DNA of 32,000 bases from Candidatus Saccharimonadota bacterium (GCA_016699145.1 CP064962.1:1050001-1082000); one strand, 5' to 3'; numbered from the stretch's first letter, positions 17,318-27,065 are shown. Numbers and translations are program-made. Notes: a model not told the origin generated them from the sequence alone.

Positions 17318-18214
17318 TTAAAAATAATGTTCCATGGCTTTGCTGATGTCCACGCCATTCACAGGCAAGGCATCGCTTTGTTCGACGAGCGTGCCCACCA
17401 TGAGTTGAGGCAGCTCATCGTTGTAGGTCGCACGCTCTTCTTTGTAATAAACTCCAATGGCAATGCGCTCTCCCCATTCTTCCGCCTTGGCGAGGGCCAT
17501 GGCACGGTTGCTGGAATCGTAAGTCGGATCTTTTTCGAGCTTGTAAATGCGCTCTTGGTACCATTGGTAGGTGTTGACCTTATTGAAGGTCACGCAGGGT
17601 TGCAGCGCATCGATGTGCGCGAAGCCCCGATGTTGGATGCCTTGCTTGATCATTTCTTTCAAATGCATCACGTCTCCAGCAAAACTGCGAGCCACAAAAC
17701 TCGCGCCCGAAATAATGGAAAGGCCTAGAGGTCTGACCGCAATTTCAATCACTCCTTCTGGTGTGGATTTGGTCTTGAAGCCTTTGTCGCTAGTGGGCGA
17801 AGTTTGGCCTTTAGTAAGCCCGTAAACTTGATTGTTTTGCACGATGTAAGTGATGTCAAAATTGCGCCTGGCCGTATGAATGAAGTGAGCCATTCCAATT
17901 CCGTAGCCGTCTCCGTCTCCTCCGATCACGATCACGTGCATTTTGTGATTCGCCATCTTCATCGCGGTGGCCACAGGCAGCGCACGTCCATGCAAGGAGT
18001 GAAAGCCATAAACTTTTACAAGATGAGGCGCTTGAGATCCACACCCAATTCCAGACACGAGCATCACATTTTCGGGATCGAGTTTCAGTTCAAAAATCGC
18101 CTGCTTCAGTGCCACCAAAATTCCAAAGTCCCCACAACCGGGACACCAGTTGCACTTGGAACCTGTTTCGAGTTCCGCTTGATTATTCAGAATTTTAAGA
18201 GGTTTTTCGCTCAT
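17318..18214 (-). CDS. 2-oxoacid:ferredoxin oxidoreductase, beta (TPP-binding) subunit
   Basis: CNWCPGCGDFGIL, SGIGCGS and IVIGGDGDGYGIG motifs. 4-nt overlap with the alpha-subunit gene. Confidence 0.85.
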   Translation of the reverse strand: MSEKPLKILNNQAELETGSKCNWCPGCGDFGILVALKQAIFELKLDPENVMLVSGIGCGSQAPHLVKVYGFHSLHGRALPVATAMKMANHKMHVIVIGGDGDGYGIGMAHFIHTARRNFDITYIVQNNQVYGLTKGQTSPTSDKGFKTKSTPEGVIEIAVRPLGLSIISGASFVARSFAGDVMHLKEMIKQGIQHRGFAHIDALQPCVTFNKVNTYQWYQERIYKLEKDPTYDSSNRAMALAKAEEWGERIAIGVYYKEERATYNDELPQLMVGTLVEQSDALPVNGVDISKAMEHYF

Positions 18215-20028
18215 GCTTTAAGTTCTTGCCCAAGGCGAGTTAAAATTTCTGCGGAGTGGATGGGACGTCCATCGTAGCGCAGATAGTGATTTTGCAAATG
18301 GATACTGGTGTATTCGCGAATGAGTCCGGCCATTTGCGCGGTTGCATTGTTCTCCACAAGCAGCGTTTTTTTTGCAGCATTGAGGATGCGCGTCACGGTT
18401 TCGGAAGGGAAGGGCAGCGCCATTTTGATCTGTAAAAAGTTCACACGTTCTTTGCGACCCTCAGCTTCGGCAGCCGCATTGAAAATCTTCATCGCTTCCA
18501 AAATCGGACCCTTCATCGAGCCCCAGCCCACCATCGTCAAATCCGCAAATTCAGGTCCATGGAGCACCGCTCCGTCACTTTCCACCAAAGCTTCTCGCTG
18601 CAAAGTTTCGAGTTTGCGACTGCGCTTGTCCACCATCTTGATACGATTTTCAGAACTTTCATCCAAATCACCGTCTTCGCGATGTTCATCCGTGGACGCC
18701 ACATGAATGGTGTTTGGCATACCAGGAACCGAGCGTTTGGACACACCGCGCTCTGTGAATTCATAACGCTTGTAAGCCCCGGATGCCAGCGCTAAAGCCT
18801 CTTCCATCGTCACGCGTTCGCCACGATTCACCACATAATCTTCGTGTTTAAAAGGGTCTGCCGTATGGATCGACTCGCCCATGTATTTATCGGTGATGAG
18901 CAAGACCACCATCTGGTAATCTTCCGCCCAATTGTAGGCCTTGAGCATCATTTCGAAACATTCGGTGATGTCGCCAGGCAGCAACACCATCCGCGGGAAC
19001 TCTCCCTGAGACGAATGCATCACAAAACGCAAATCCCCTTGGTCAGTCCAAGTAGGGAGTCCCGTCGAAGGCCCTGGACGCATCCCTTCAATCGCCACCA
19101 GCGGCGTCTCTGTAATCGCAGCCATTCCAATCGCCTCAGTCATGAGCGCAAACCCCCCACCAGAAGTTGCTGTCAGAGTACGGACGCCCATATAAGAAGC
19201 CCCAATCGCCATATTCATTGCCGCAATTTCGTCTTCGGTTTGTTTCATCACAATGCCGTATTTACTGCCCCAGCTCGCCACAGTGAGCATGATGGAGGTC
19301 ACGGGAGTCATGGGGTAAGCCGCCATGAATTTCACGCCGGCCTTGAGGGCGCCCATCGCCAGCGCTTCGTTCCCAGACATCAAAATGTGTTTGGGAGCAT
19401 TTTCCAACGGATGCATCTTTTTTTCAAACGGCAAGGCCGTTCCACTAGGAGTAGGGAAGCCATCAGAATAAGTTGTGTGTACGTAATCAAATCCCGCACG
19501 TGCCACCTTAATGTTGTAGTCCACCACGTCCTGACCCTTACGCAGAAAAGTGCGAGTCATGATTTCTTCAATGTGCGAAAATTCAAATCCAAAAACTGCT
19601 AAGCTGGCACCAAGAGCCACGGTGTTTCGCATCACACGATCCGCTCCCAATTCCTTAGTGAGTCGAGCGAGTGGCACCGCCACAAGTCGCAACGTCGGCT
19701 TCACCGCTGAAGTGTCCCAGGGCATCGCTTCGTTGTCATAAATCACGGCTCCATTTTCAGCCATTTCGTGCAAATGTTCATTCACCGTTTCTTTGTTGAG
19801 TGCGAGCAAAATATCCACTTTATCTCCATGCGAAGTCACAGGTTCATAGCTCACGCGCACAGCAGCGGTATTGTGTCCTCCACGAATCAAGGAAGGATAC
19901 TCCCCATAGCCATGCACAAAAAGCCCTGCACGAGTGCAAATGCGCGCAAAACTGGCTCCCATCGTAGAGATGCCATAACCGGCCTCTCCACCCACCATCC
20001 ACGTCAATGGTTCATAAACGCTTTTCAT
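18211..20028 (-). CDS. 2-oxoacid:ferredoxin oxidoreductase, alpha subunit with a fused N-terminal gamma domain
   Basis: Gamma-like N-terminus VGGEAGYGISTMGASFARICTRAGLFVHGYGEYPSLIRGGHN, then the alpha core (MAAYPMTPVTS, TATSGGGFALM). Start taken at ATG 20028 (MKSVYEPL). The ORF track extends to a TTG at 20094, which would overlap the ferredoxin gene. Confidence 0.85.
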   Translation of the reverse strand: MKSVYEPLTWMVGGEAGYGISTMGASFARICTRAGLFVHGYGEYPSLIRGGHNTAAVRVSYEPVTSHGDKVDILLALNKETVNEHLHEMAENGAVIYDNEAMPWDTSAVKPTLRLVAVPLARLTKELGADRVMRNTVALGASLAVFGFEFSHIEEIMTRTFLRKGQDVVDYNIKVARAGFDYVHTTYSDGFPTPSGTALPFEKKMHPLENAPKHILMSGNEALAMGALKAGVKFMAAYPMTPVTSIMLTVASWGSKYGIVMKQTEDEIAAMNMAIGASYMGVRTLTATSGGGFALMTEAIGMAAITETPLVAIEGMRPGPSTGLPTWTDQGDLRFVMHSSQGEFPRMVLLPGDITECFEMMLKAYNWAEDYQMVVLLITDKYMGESIHTADPFKHEDYVVNRGERVTMEEALALASGAYKRYEFTERGVSKRSVPGMPNTIHVASTDEHREDGDLDESSENRIKMVDKRSRKLETLQREALVESDGAVLHGPEFADLTMVGWGSMKGPILEAMKIFNAAAEAEGRKERVNFLQIKMALPFPSETVTRILNAAKKTLLVENNATAQMAGLIREYTSIHLQNHYLRYDGRPIHSAEILTRLGQELKA

Positions 20029-20068
20029 GCTCGGGCATTTTACCCGATCCCCTACGCTTAAGAAAGCC

Positions 20069-20332
20069 TCAAATGACTTGCTCGCCAGAGCCAATCTTAA
20101 TCAGATGGATCACATTCACTGGACAAGCCTCCGCCGCATCCAAGTTCTTTTGAAAATCAGCCTCTTCAATGTCGAGCTCTTCCCAGCCTTCCGGCGTTTT
20201 CGTGCCACCCACAATGTCGGATTGCCCATCCAGCGGGCTCATTTCCCAGAATTCAGGAGCAATAGCAGCACAAGCATTACAACCAATGCAATTAGGACGA
20301 TCATGGCGGATTTGATAAGTTTTTTCAGTCAC
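20069..20332 (-). CDS. Small single-cluster [4Fe-4S]/[3Fe-4S]-type ferredoxin
   Basis: 87 aa. CIGCNAC ... CP motif. ATGA overlap with the purN stop. Confidence 0.7.
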   Translation of the reverse strand: MTEKTYQIRHDRPNCIGCNACAAIAPEFWEMSPLDGQSDIVGGTKTPEGWEELDIEEADFQKNLDAAEACPVNVIHLIKIGSGEQVI

Positions 20333-20946
20333 TCACCCAAGTTACCCACACGCTCTTGATAAATCAAACGGATGGCCTCCGGATAGGCCCTTTTCTCCAG
20401 TTCTTGAACCTTTGCTTTCAAAGTTTCCGGCGTTTCGCCCGGCTCCACAGCAAGTTTTTTTTGCAAAATCATGGGCCCGCTGTCCACTCCAAAATCCACA
20501 AAATGAATCGTCATACCCGATTCTTTTTCTCCGTTCGCAATCACAGCCTCGTGCACCTTCATTCCATACCAGCCATTGCCCCCGTACTTGGGCAGCAGGG
20601 CAGGGTGCACATTTAAAATACGTGTGGGGCTGTACACTCGAATGAACACCGGAGTCAGAATGCGCATGTAACCCACCAGGCACACCAAGTCCACATCTCC
20701 CATTCGCTGCGCCAATTCTCGATCATAATCCTCTCGGCTTCGCAATTCACCTGCTTCAGTCCGAGGATTCACCCACTCCGCACGAATGCCCCGCACTCGC
20801 GCCTTTTCTAAAACCGGAGCCGTTTCTTTGTCACTCAAAACCACCGCCACTTCCACATCGGGCAGCAGCCCTTCGTCCATCTCTTTATAAATGGCATCGA
20901 GGTCGGTGCCATTGCCGGAAGCGAGTATGCCGAGTCGAAAAGTCAT
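20329..20946 (-). CDS. purN: Phosphoribosylglycinamide formyltransferase
   Basis: ILASGNGTDL N-terminus, NVHPALLPKYGG and HFVDFGVDSGP motifs typical of PurN. 205 aa. Confidence 0.85.
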   Translation of the reverse strand: MTFRLGILASGNGTDLDAIYKEMDEGLLPDVEVAVVLSDKETAPVLEKARVRGIRAEWVNPRTEAGELRSREDYDRELAQRMGDVDLVCLVGYMRILTPVFIRVYSPTRILNVHPALLPKYGGNGWYGMKVHEAVIANGEKESGMTIHFVDFGVDSGPMILQKKLAVEPGETPETLKAKVQELEKRAYPEAIRLIYQERVGNLGE

Positions 20947-20955
20947 AAATAAAGT

Positions 20956-21885
20956 TTATTTCGAGCACTGATTATCGCCAATTCGCAAGAGGCCCATCCG
21001 CTTGGCCACTTCTTGACCCGTCGGAGTCACCGCGAGCCCCCCGAGCGCTGTTTCACGAATTTTAGGAGACATAAGGTCCCCGACTTCACGCATCGCTCGC
21101 ACCACCTCATCAAAGGGCACAAAACTCTCCACACCGAGGTAAGCCATATCTGAAGCGGACATCGCAAACACCGCTCCAATTCCGTTGCGTTTGATACAGG
21201 GTACTTCCACAAGTCCACCGATCGGGTCGCACGCCAGACCAATCATGTTTTTCAAAGCAAGAGAAGCGGCGTGTAAGGAACATTCTGGACTTTTTCCACG
21301 CACCTCCGTGAGAGCCGCCGCCGCCATCGCTGTCGCGCTGCCCACCTCGGCTTGGCAGCCGCCGGCGGCTCCTGACAGTGTCGCCGTATTCGCAATAATG
21401 ATTCCAATCGCACTCGCCGTGAGCATCATTTCCACCATTTGCTGCTGCGTCAGTCCGAGCTTGAACTTCGCGCCATAAATCACTCCCGGCAAAACCCCTG
21501 CCGCACCCGCTGTAGGGAAGGCCAAAATCACTCCCATCCGCGCATTGTTTTCACCTGTTGCTACCGCTCCGAGCATGGCTCGAATCGCGGCTTCATTCAA
21601 AAGCAAACTTGCTTCCAATTCTTTAAAATCTCTCACTCCCGCCGCTAAAATCGGAGCACTTTTCCCCGCCATTCCACTGGGGGACATCTCGGGTTTCGCA
21701 ATCGCCGCATCAATTCCATCAAAAATCACTTGGAGGCGATCCTCGAGCATCTTGCACACTTCCTCTTTGCTGCGTGTGGACATCTGCAGTTCATAATTCA
21801 GCATCACTTCCCAAATGGGCATGTGATGTTCATGACAACGCTCAAGCAGTTCTTTTGCATTATGGAACAGGTAGGAAGCAGCCAT
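20956..21885 (-). CDS. sdaAA: L-serine dehydratase (iron-sulfur type), alpha subunit
   Basis: 309 aa. Gly/Ala-rich core (GAAGVLPG, SGAAGGCQAEVGSA) and pairing with the beta-subunit gene 9 nt upstream. Confidence 0.8.
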   Translation of the reverse strand: MAASYLFHNAKELLERCHEHHMPIWEVMLNYELQMSTRSKEEVCKMLEDRLQVIFDGIDAAIAKPEMSPSGMAGKSAPILAAGVRDFKELEASLLLNEAAIRAMLGAVATGENNARMGVILAFPTAGAAGVLPGVIYGAKFKLGLTQQQMVEMMLTASAIGIIIANTATLSGAAGGCQAEVGSATAMAAAALTEVRGKSPECSLHAASLALKNMIGLACDPIGGLVEVPCIKRNGIGAVFAMSASDMAYLGVESFVPFDEVVRAMREVGDLMSPKIRETALGGLAVTPTGQEVAKRMGLLRIGDNQCSK

Positions 21886-21894
21886 AAATGAAGG

Positions 21895-22581
21895 TTAAGA
21901 AGCGATTTTATTGAGAGAGCGGACAAAAAGAATACCCTCTTCCTTTTCCAGATCCAAGAGCTCCTGAAGGGTCAGCGCTTTTTCAATGCTGAGCACGCTG
22001 AGCATTTTGTTTTCAAAAGCAAGATAAGAACTTTGCATGTTCACGATTCGAATCTGTTTTGCGCCCAAAAATCCAGTGATTTTCGCAAGCATTCCTGGTT
22101 GATTTTCATTCTCGATTACTAAAGTGAAGTACTGCTCCGCACTGTTCCCGGTCAAATGCACGTCGAAACCGTTGATTTGATTGATGACCACGCTGCCTCC
22201 TCCAATTGAAGAGCCTATGATTTCCATCTTTCTTTCCGCATTTTCCAAAGTGATTTTCACAGTATTGGGATGGTATTCCGGGCCCAAATTTCCAGGTTCA
22301 AAACTAAAATCCAAGCCCTTATCTTGAGCGATTTCAAAAGAATTTTTAATGCGTGCATCATTCGGTGGAAACTTCATAATCCCGCCCAGCAGAGCGCGAT
22401 CCGTGGCGTGGCCTTTATAGACTTCACCAAAGGAACCGTGCAGGAAAAAGTGAACGCGCGTGGGAGTAGCATCAAAAATCGCTCGAGCAAATTGCCCAAG
22501 TTTCGCCGCCCCAGCTGTATGAGAACTGGAGGGGCCCACCATGACCGGACCTGCAATGTCGAAAAGAGTGAATTGACCCAT
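21895..22581 (-). CDS. sdaAB: L-serine dehydratase (iron-sulfur type), beta subunit
   Basis: N-terminus FDIAGPVMVGPSSSHTAGAAKLG plus a C-terminal ACT-like domain. 228 aa. Confidence 0.8.
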   Translation of the reverse strand: MGQFTLFDIAGPVMVGPSSSHTAGAAKLGQFARAIFDATPTRVHFFLHGSFGEVYKGHATDRALLGGIMKFPPNDARIKNSFEIAQDKGLDFSFEPGNLGPEYHPNTVKITLENAERKMEIIGSSIGGGSVVINQINGFDVHLTGNSAEQYFTLVIENENQPGMLAKITGFLGAKQIRIVNMQSSYLAFENKMLSVLSIEKALTLQELLDLEKEEGILFVRSLNKIAS

Positions 22582-22592
22582 ATCGTAGCAAA

Positions 22593-22621
22593 ATTATGAA
22601 AGAAATCAGATTTTATTGCAA
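22593..22621 (-). promoter_or_regulatory. Candidate promoter TTGCAA-17-CATAAT, 11 nt before the sdaAB ATG (leaderless-type)
   Basis: The reverse complement of 22582-22625 reads ttgcTTGCAAtaaaatctgatttctttCATAATtttgctacgatATG. Confidence 0.4.
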
Positions 22622-22695
22622 GCAAATCGGTTCTATATTTCAGATTGGATTAAATCATTTCAAAACAATTTCAAACTAACGTCCACTGGAGAAAC

Positions 22696-22724
22696 TTGTG
22701 CAAACTTCAAAGGCTGGGTATATT
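22696..22724 (+). promoter_or_regulatory. Promoter of ncRNA copy A: TTGTGC-17-TATATT
   Basis: Hexamers at 22696-22701 and 22719-22724 with an exact 17-nt spacer. The upstream block GTCCACTGGAGAAACTTG is shared with copy B. Confidence 0.55.
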
Positions 22725-22730
22725 AATATG

Positions 22731-23070
22731 AAACGTCAATAACAAAAACACAAAGGCCCCTTTGGGGCAAAGTTTCTCTCACCTATTAAGGCTTCTGCTT
22801 TACGCTGGCGGTCCCGATTAGACCGCCCATGAGACTTAGACTCTCACTCTCCACCTTGTGGATCCCGTTTCCGCTCCCTGCTTCGGCACAGCGGCTGGAC
22901 TCCACGTCCAAGGTAGCCTCGGTCCGGCCCTAAAGTCGACCAAAGTACAGCAGATGAAAAATAAAAACAGAAAGGATTCATCGCCTTTCAAGAACCGGCC
23001 TCGCGTTCACCTACATCCTCGCACTTTCATAGACAGTGTCGCCCTGGATCGAATGCAAAGCCGGTTTTTT
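22731..23070 (+). ncRNA. Unclassified structured RNA candidate, copy A (~340 nt)
   Basis: No conserved reading frame. Shares with copy B a 5' ATAACAAAAACACAA block, a CCCC/GGGG hairpin, and a ~295-nt core (22781-23074). Core hairpins: GGCGGUC/GACCGCC (22807-22827), CCAC/GUGG (22851-22861), CCGCU/AGCGG around a UUCG loop (22871-22894). A long 3' helix AACCGGC/GCCGGUU plus GCGUUC/GAAUGC (22993-23066) ends in a U6 tract. Confidence 0.6.
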
Positions 23071-23118
23071 ATTGCAGCGCTAGAGGCTGGAAAACACCGG
23101 GATTTTACTTAAATTTAA

Positions 23119-23141
23119 TTTTACCGGGATTCCCGGTAAAA
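23119..23141. repeat. Perfect palindrome TTTTACCGGGA-t-TCCCGGTAAAA between the two RNA copies
   Basis: 11-nt arms, read directly. Related ACCGGGA/ACGGGTA motifs lie at 23096-23103 and 23148-23156. Confidence 0.5.
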
Positions 23142-23223
23142 TGGAAACGGGTAAATCCGCAAGTTTTAAAGGTTAAATATGGCTAATACAAAACAATTTC
23201 TAAGCAAAGTCCACTCTAGAAAC

Positions 23224-23252
23224 TTGAACGAACAGTAAAGGCTTGTTACAAT
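23224..23252 (+). promoter_or_regulatory. Promoter of ncRNA copy B: TTGAAC-17-TACAAT
   Basis: Hexamers at 23224-23229 and 23247-23252 with a 17-nt spacer. Confidence 0.55.
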
Positions 23253-23258
23253 GACACG

Positions 23259-23653
23259 AATCGTTGATAACAAAAACACAACGTTTCACGCCGACCTTTC
23301 AAAAGCGCATCCGCGCAACGCAAAGTGCCCCTCACGGGGTAAAACAAAAACAAAAAGAAATTCACCTATTAAGGCTCTGCTTTACGCTGGCGGTCCCGAT
23401 TAGATCGCCCATGAGAGACAGACTCTCACTTCCACTTTGTGGATCACGCTTCGTTCCCTGCTTCGGCACAGCGACTTCGATTCCACGCCAAAAGTAGCCC
23501 CGGTCCGGCCCTAAAGTCGACCAAAGTACAGCAGATGAAAAACAAAAACAGAAAGGGTTCATCGCCTTTCATGAAACCGGCCTCGTATTCATCATTGATC
23601 CTCGCACTTTCATAGACAGTGTCGCCCTGGATCGAATACAAAGCCGGTTTTTT
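23259..23653 (+). ncRNA. Unclassified structured RNA candidate, copy B (~395 nt)
   Basis: Core 23363-23659 aligns with 22781-23074. Differences include compensatory pairs (see findings). The extra ~55 nt near the 5' end contains a GCGC...GCGC hairpin. Ends in GCCGGUUUUUU. Confidence 0.6.
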
Positions 23654-23681
23654 ATTGCTCAAAAAACTTCCATCGAATCAA

Positions 23682-23756
23682 TCAGTAGCGAAGACTGAGC
23701 TTCTTGCCTTTCTTTTGGAGGCGTTTTTTGCGAGCAATTTTCTTTTTCTTGTACAT
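23682..23756 (-). CDS. Possible 24-aa Lys/Arg-rich micro-protein (MYKKKKIARKKRLQKKGKKLSLRY)
   Basis: My own translation (below the ORF-track length cutoff). ATG start, TGA stop. A possible TTGCTT-17-TAAGAT promoter lies upstream. No homology evidence. Confidence 0.2.
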   Translation of the reverse strand: MYKKKKIARKKRLQKKGKKLSLRY

Positions 23757-23896
23757 AAAAGGGGATAATGTCGTCGCCTATCTTAAAGCCACAGCCCCAA
23801 AGAAAGCAACTGGAGAGCGCCAGGGAGTAGGTTTTAAAAGTGCAGTTGACGAACGGTAGAAAAGTTGTAATAATAAATTCTTATTTTAGCCATCCA

Positions 23897-25536
<1,640 letters not shown>

Positions 25537-25620
25537 CTAGGCGAAATGTGCAAGCTTTGTTAGAATGCCGACGCTTTGGTGCCTTTTGGGTTTTTGCTCA
25601 GCACCTCTAACAAAAGAATT

Positions 25621-26226
25621 ATGGACATCATTTGGCACGGACATTCCTGTTTCAGTCTCAAAGGCAAGGACGCTACCATTGTCACCGATCCCTTTAAATT
25701 GGGCGCTGAACTTCCTAAACTCAAAGCCGATATTGTTACTCTGTCAGGGGAAGGAAAGACGGAAGAAGTGGAGGGAGATCCTAAAATTTTAGATTGGCCG
25801 GGCGAATTCGAAGTTTCAGACGTAGCGATTGTGAGCTTGGCTCCCAACGGAGGGGAATCCAATATTTTTACTTTTGCCTTGGATGGAATTCGCATCTGTC
25901 ACTTGGGCTATCTATCCCACGAAATTTCAGACGAAGTCATTGACCAAATTGGAGATGTCGATGTGCTTTTGCTTCCTGTGGGAGGGGAAATTGTTTTGGA
26001 TGGGAAGTTGGCTCAAAAGGTGATGGAAGCCATTGAACCCCGGGTAGTGATTCCAATGCTTTATTCTGCAAGTGCTTCCGATCTCAAACTTTCAGGCGCA
26101 GAAGAGTTTTTAAAAGCGGTGGGTAAAACCGAATTAGAAGCTCGAGACAAATACACGATAGGCGCTCGCAGCGCACTCCCAGATGGGAACATGGAATTCA
26201 TCTTGCTCACCCCGAAGTTGGCTTAA
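25621..26226 (+). CDS. Metal-dependent hydrolase, MBL fold (UPF0173-like)
   Basis: MDIIWHGHSCFSLKGKDATIVTDPF is the characteristic N-terminus of this family. ~201 aa from ATG 25621. Confidence 0.7.
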   Translation: MDIIWHGHSCFSLKGKDATIVTDPFKLGAELPKLKADIVTLSGEGKTEEVEGDPKILDWPGEFEVSDVAIVSLAPNGGESNIFTFALDGIRICHLGYLSHEISDEVIDQIGDVDVLLLPVGGEIVLDGKLAQKVMEAIEPRVVIPMLYSASASDLKLSGAEEFLKAVGKTELEARDKYTIGARSALPDGNMEFILLTPKLA

Positions 26227-26445
26227 GCTGGACTGGATCAAGTTCTTGAGACGCGGGATTTAAAGCGCCACAAGTGCCCCAGAAGAACGGTAACAAGCAC
26301 GAGAAGTATAAGGCAGCGCAAAGTGTAAGAATTTTGCGAGTGGGCTTTTTCTCCCAGCGAGGTAAACGCGGGTCGTAGAGACACGAAAAGTTTTACGAGG
26401 TTTGCGGAAAAACATAGGAGTGGAGGTTAAAAAATGGATGCACGT

Positions 26446-27057
26446 TCAATACATGCGAATGACGGCCGTCACTACACCTTGAACTTCAAGAAATTCAGTC
26501 GGTTCAATGTCATTGTACTCGGGGTTTTCTGCTTGCAACCAAACGCGTCCATTCTCATTTCGATAACGCTTCACTGTATTGCGACCGTCCACAAGAGCGA
26601 CGACAATGTCCGCATCTTTGGCATGTACATCACGATTGGCAATTACAAAATCACCTTCTAAAATTCCAGCATTGATCATAGAAAGACCACTGACCTTAAG
26701 GGCAAAAGAACCCTGAGGCTTTTTAAGCAAATCATTGCCCACTTCAAAATAATCGAGCACGTGTTCTTCACTGAACACGGGTCCTCCGGCAGGAATCATG
26801 CCTAAGAGAGGAATGCGAGTGACATTGGAAGCCGTTTCCAGGCGATCTTTCACAGTTTGTAAAAGTCCAATCCCACGAGGGGTGTCGTCTTTATTCAAAT
26901 GACCTTTATCTTGAAGGGCTTTGAGATGCTTGAGAATGCTATTGTCGCTGCTCACCCCAAAATGCTCGCGCATTTCCCGCAAAGTGGGGGATTTCCCAAA
27001 TTGCATTTGATACGCTTCAATGAATTGAAGGACGGCTTGTTGTTTATCAGTCAGCAT
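26446..27057 (-). CDS. lexA: LexA repressor (S24 autopeptidase)
   Basis: N-terminal wHTH MLTDKQQAVLQFIEAYQMQFGKSPTLREMREHFG..SILKHLKALQDKGHL. Catalytic context LKVSGLSMINAGILEGD and VKRY. ATG 27057 fits the LexA N-terminal alignment better than the GTG at 27081 used by the ORF track. Confidence 0.85.
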   Translation of the reverse strand: MLTDKQQAVLQFIEAYQMQFGKSPTLREMREHFGVSSDNSILKHLKALQDKGHLNKDDTPRGIGLLQTVKDRLETASNVTRIPLLGMIPAGGPVFSEEHVLDYFEVGNDLLKKPQGSFALKVSGLSMINAGILEGDFVIANRDVHAKDADIVVALVDGRNTVKRYRNENGRVWLQAENPEYNDIEPTEFLEVQGVVTAVIRMY

Positions 27058-27065
27058 GGAGGAAG

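Noticed and set aside
16202-19602. Antisense ORFs 16202..16834 (-), 17054..17728 (+), 17804..18277 (+), 18844..19602 (+), 19768..20061 (+).
   Set aside because: They lie opposite well-recognised genes (nucleotidyltransferase, ferredoxin, OFOR subunits). His/Arg-rich compositions are typical of antisense frames.
22858-23497. ORFs 22858..23112 (+), 23264..23497 (+), 23362..23562 (-) and 23444..23662 (-) in the sdaAB-eno spacer.
   Set aside because: The two repeat copies differ by indels that destroy any common frame, whereas base-pairing is preserved. Better explained as RNA.
22781-23659. Assigning the duplicated RNA to RNase P, tmRNA, SRP/4.5S, 6S or a T-box.
   Set aside because: Short look-alikes (AAAGUCG, GAACCGGCC, GGAUCGAAU, GGUCCGG) occur, but in the wrong order and spacing. 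There is no CCA/acceptor-like end, no GGAAGCAGCC SRP motif and no T-box bulge. Two adjacent copies would also be odd for those genes. Left unclassified.
22661-23659. CRISPR array or other short-repeat array.
   Set aside because: There are only two long (~300-400 bp) diverged units. There is no short repeat/spacer periodicity and no cas genes.
26434-26661. Plus-strand ORF of 75 aa preceded by a strong SD-like aggagtggagg.
   Set aside because: It is entirely antisense to the conserved C-terminal peptidase domain of lexA. SD motifs are otherwise not used in this window, and the protein has no recognisable features.
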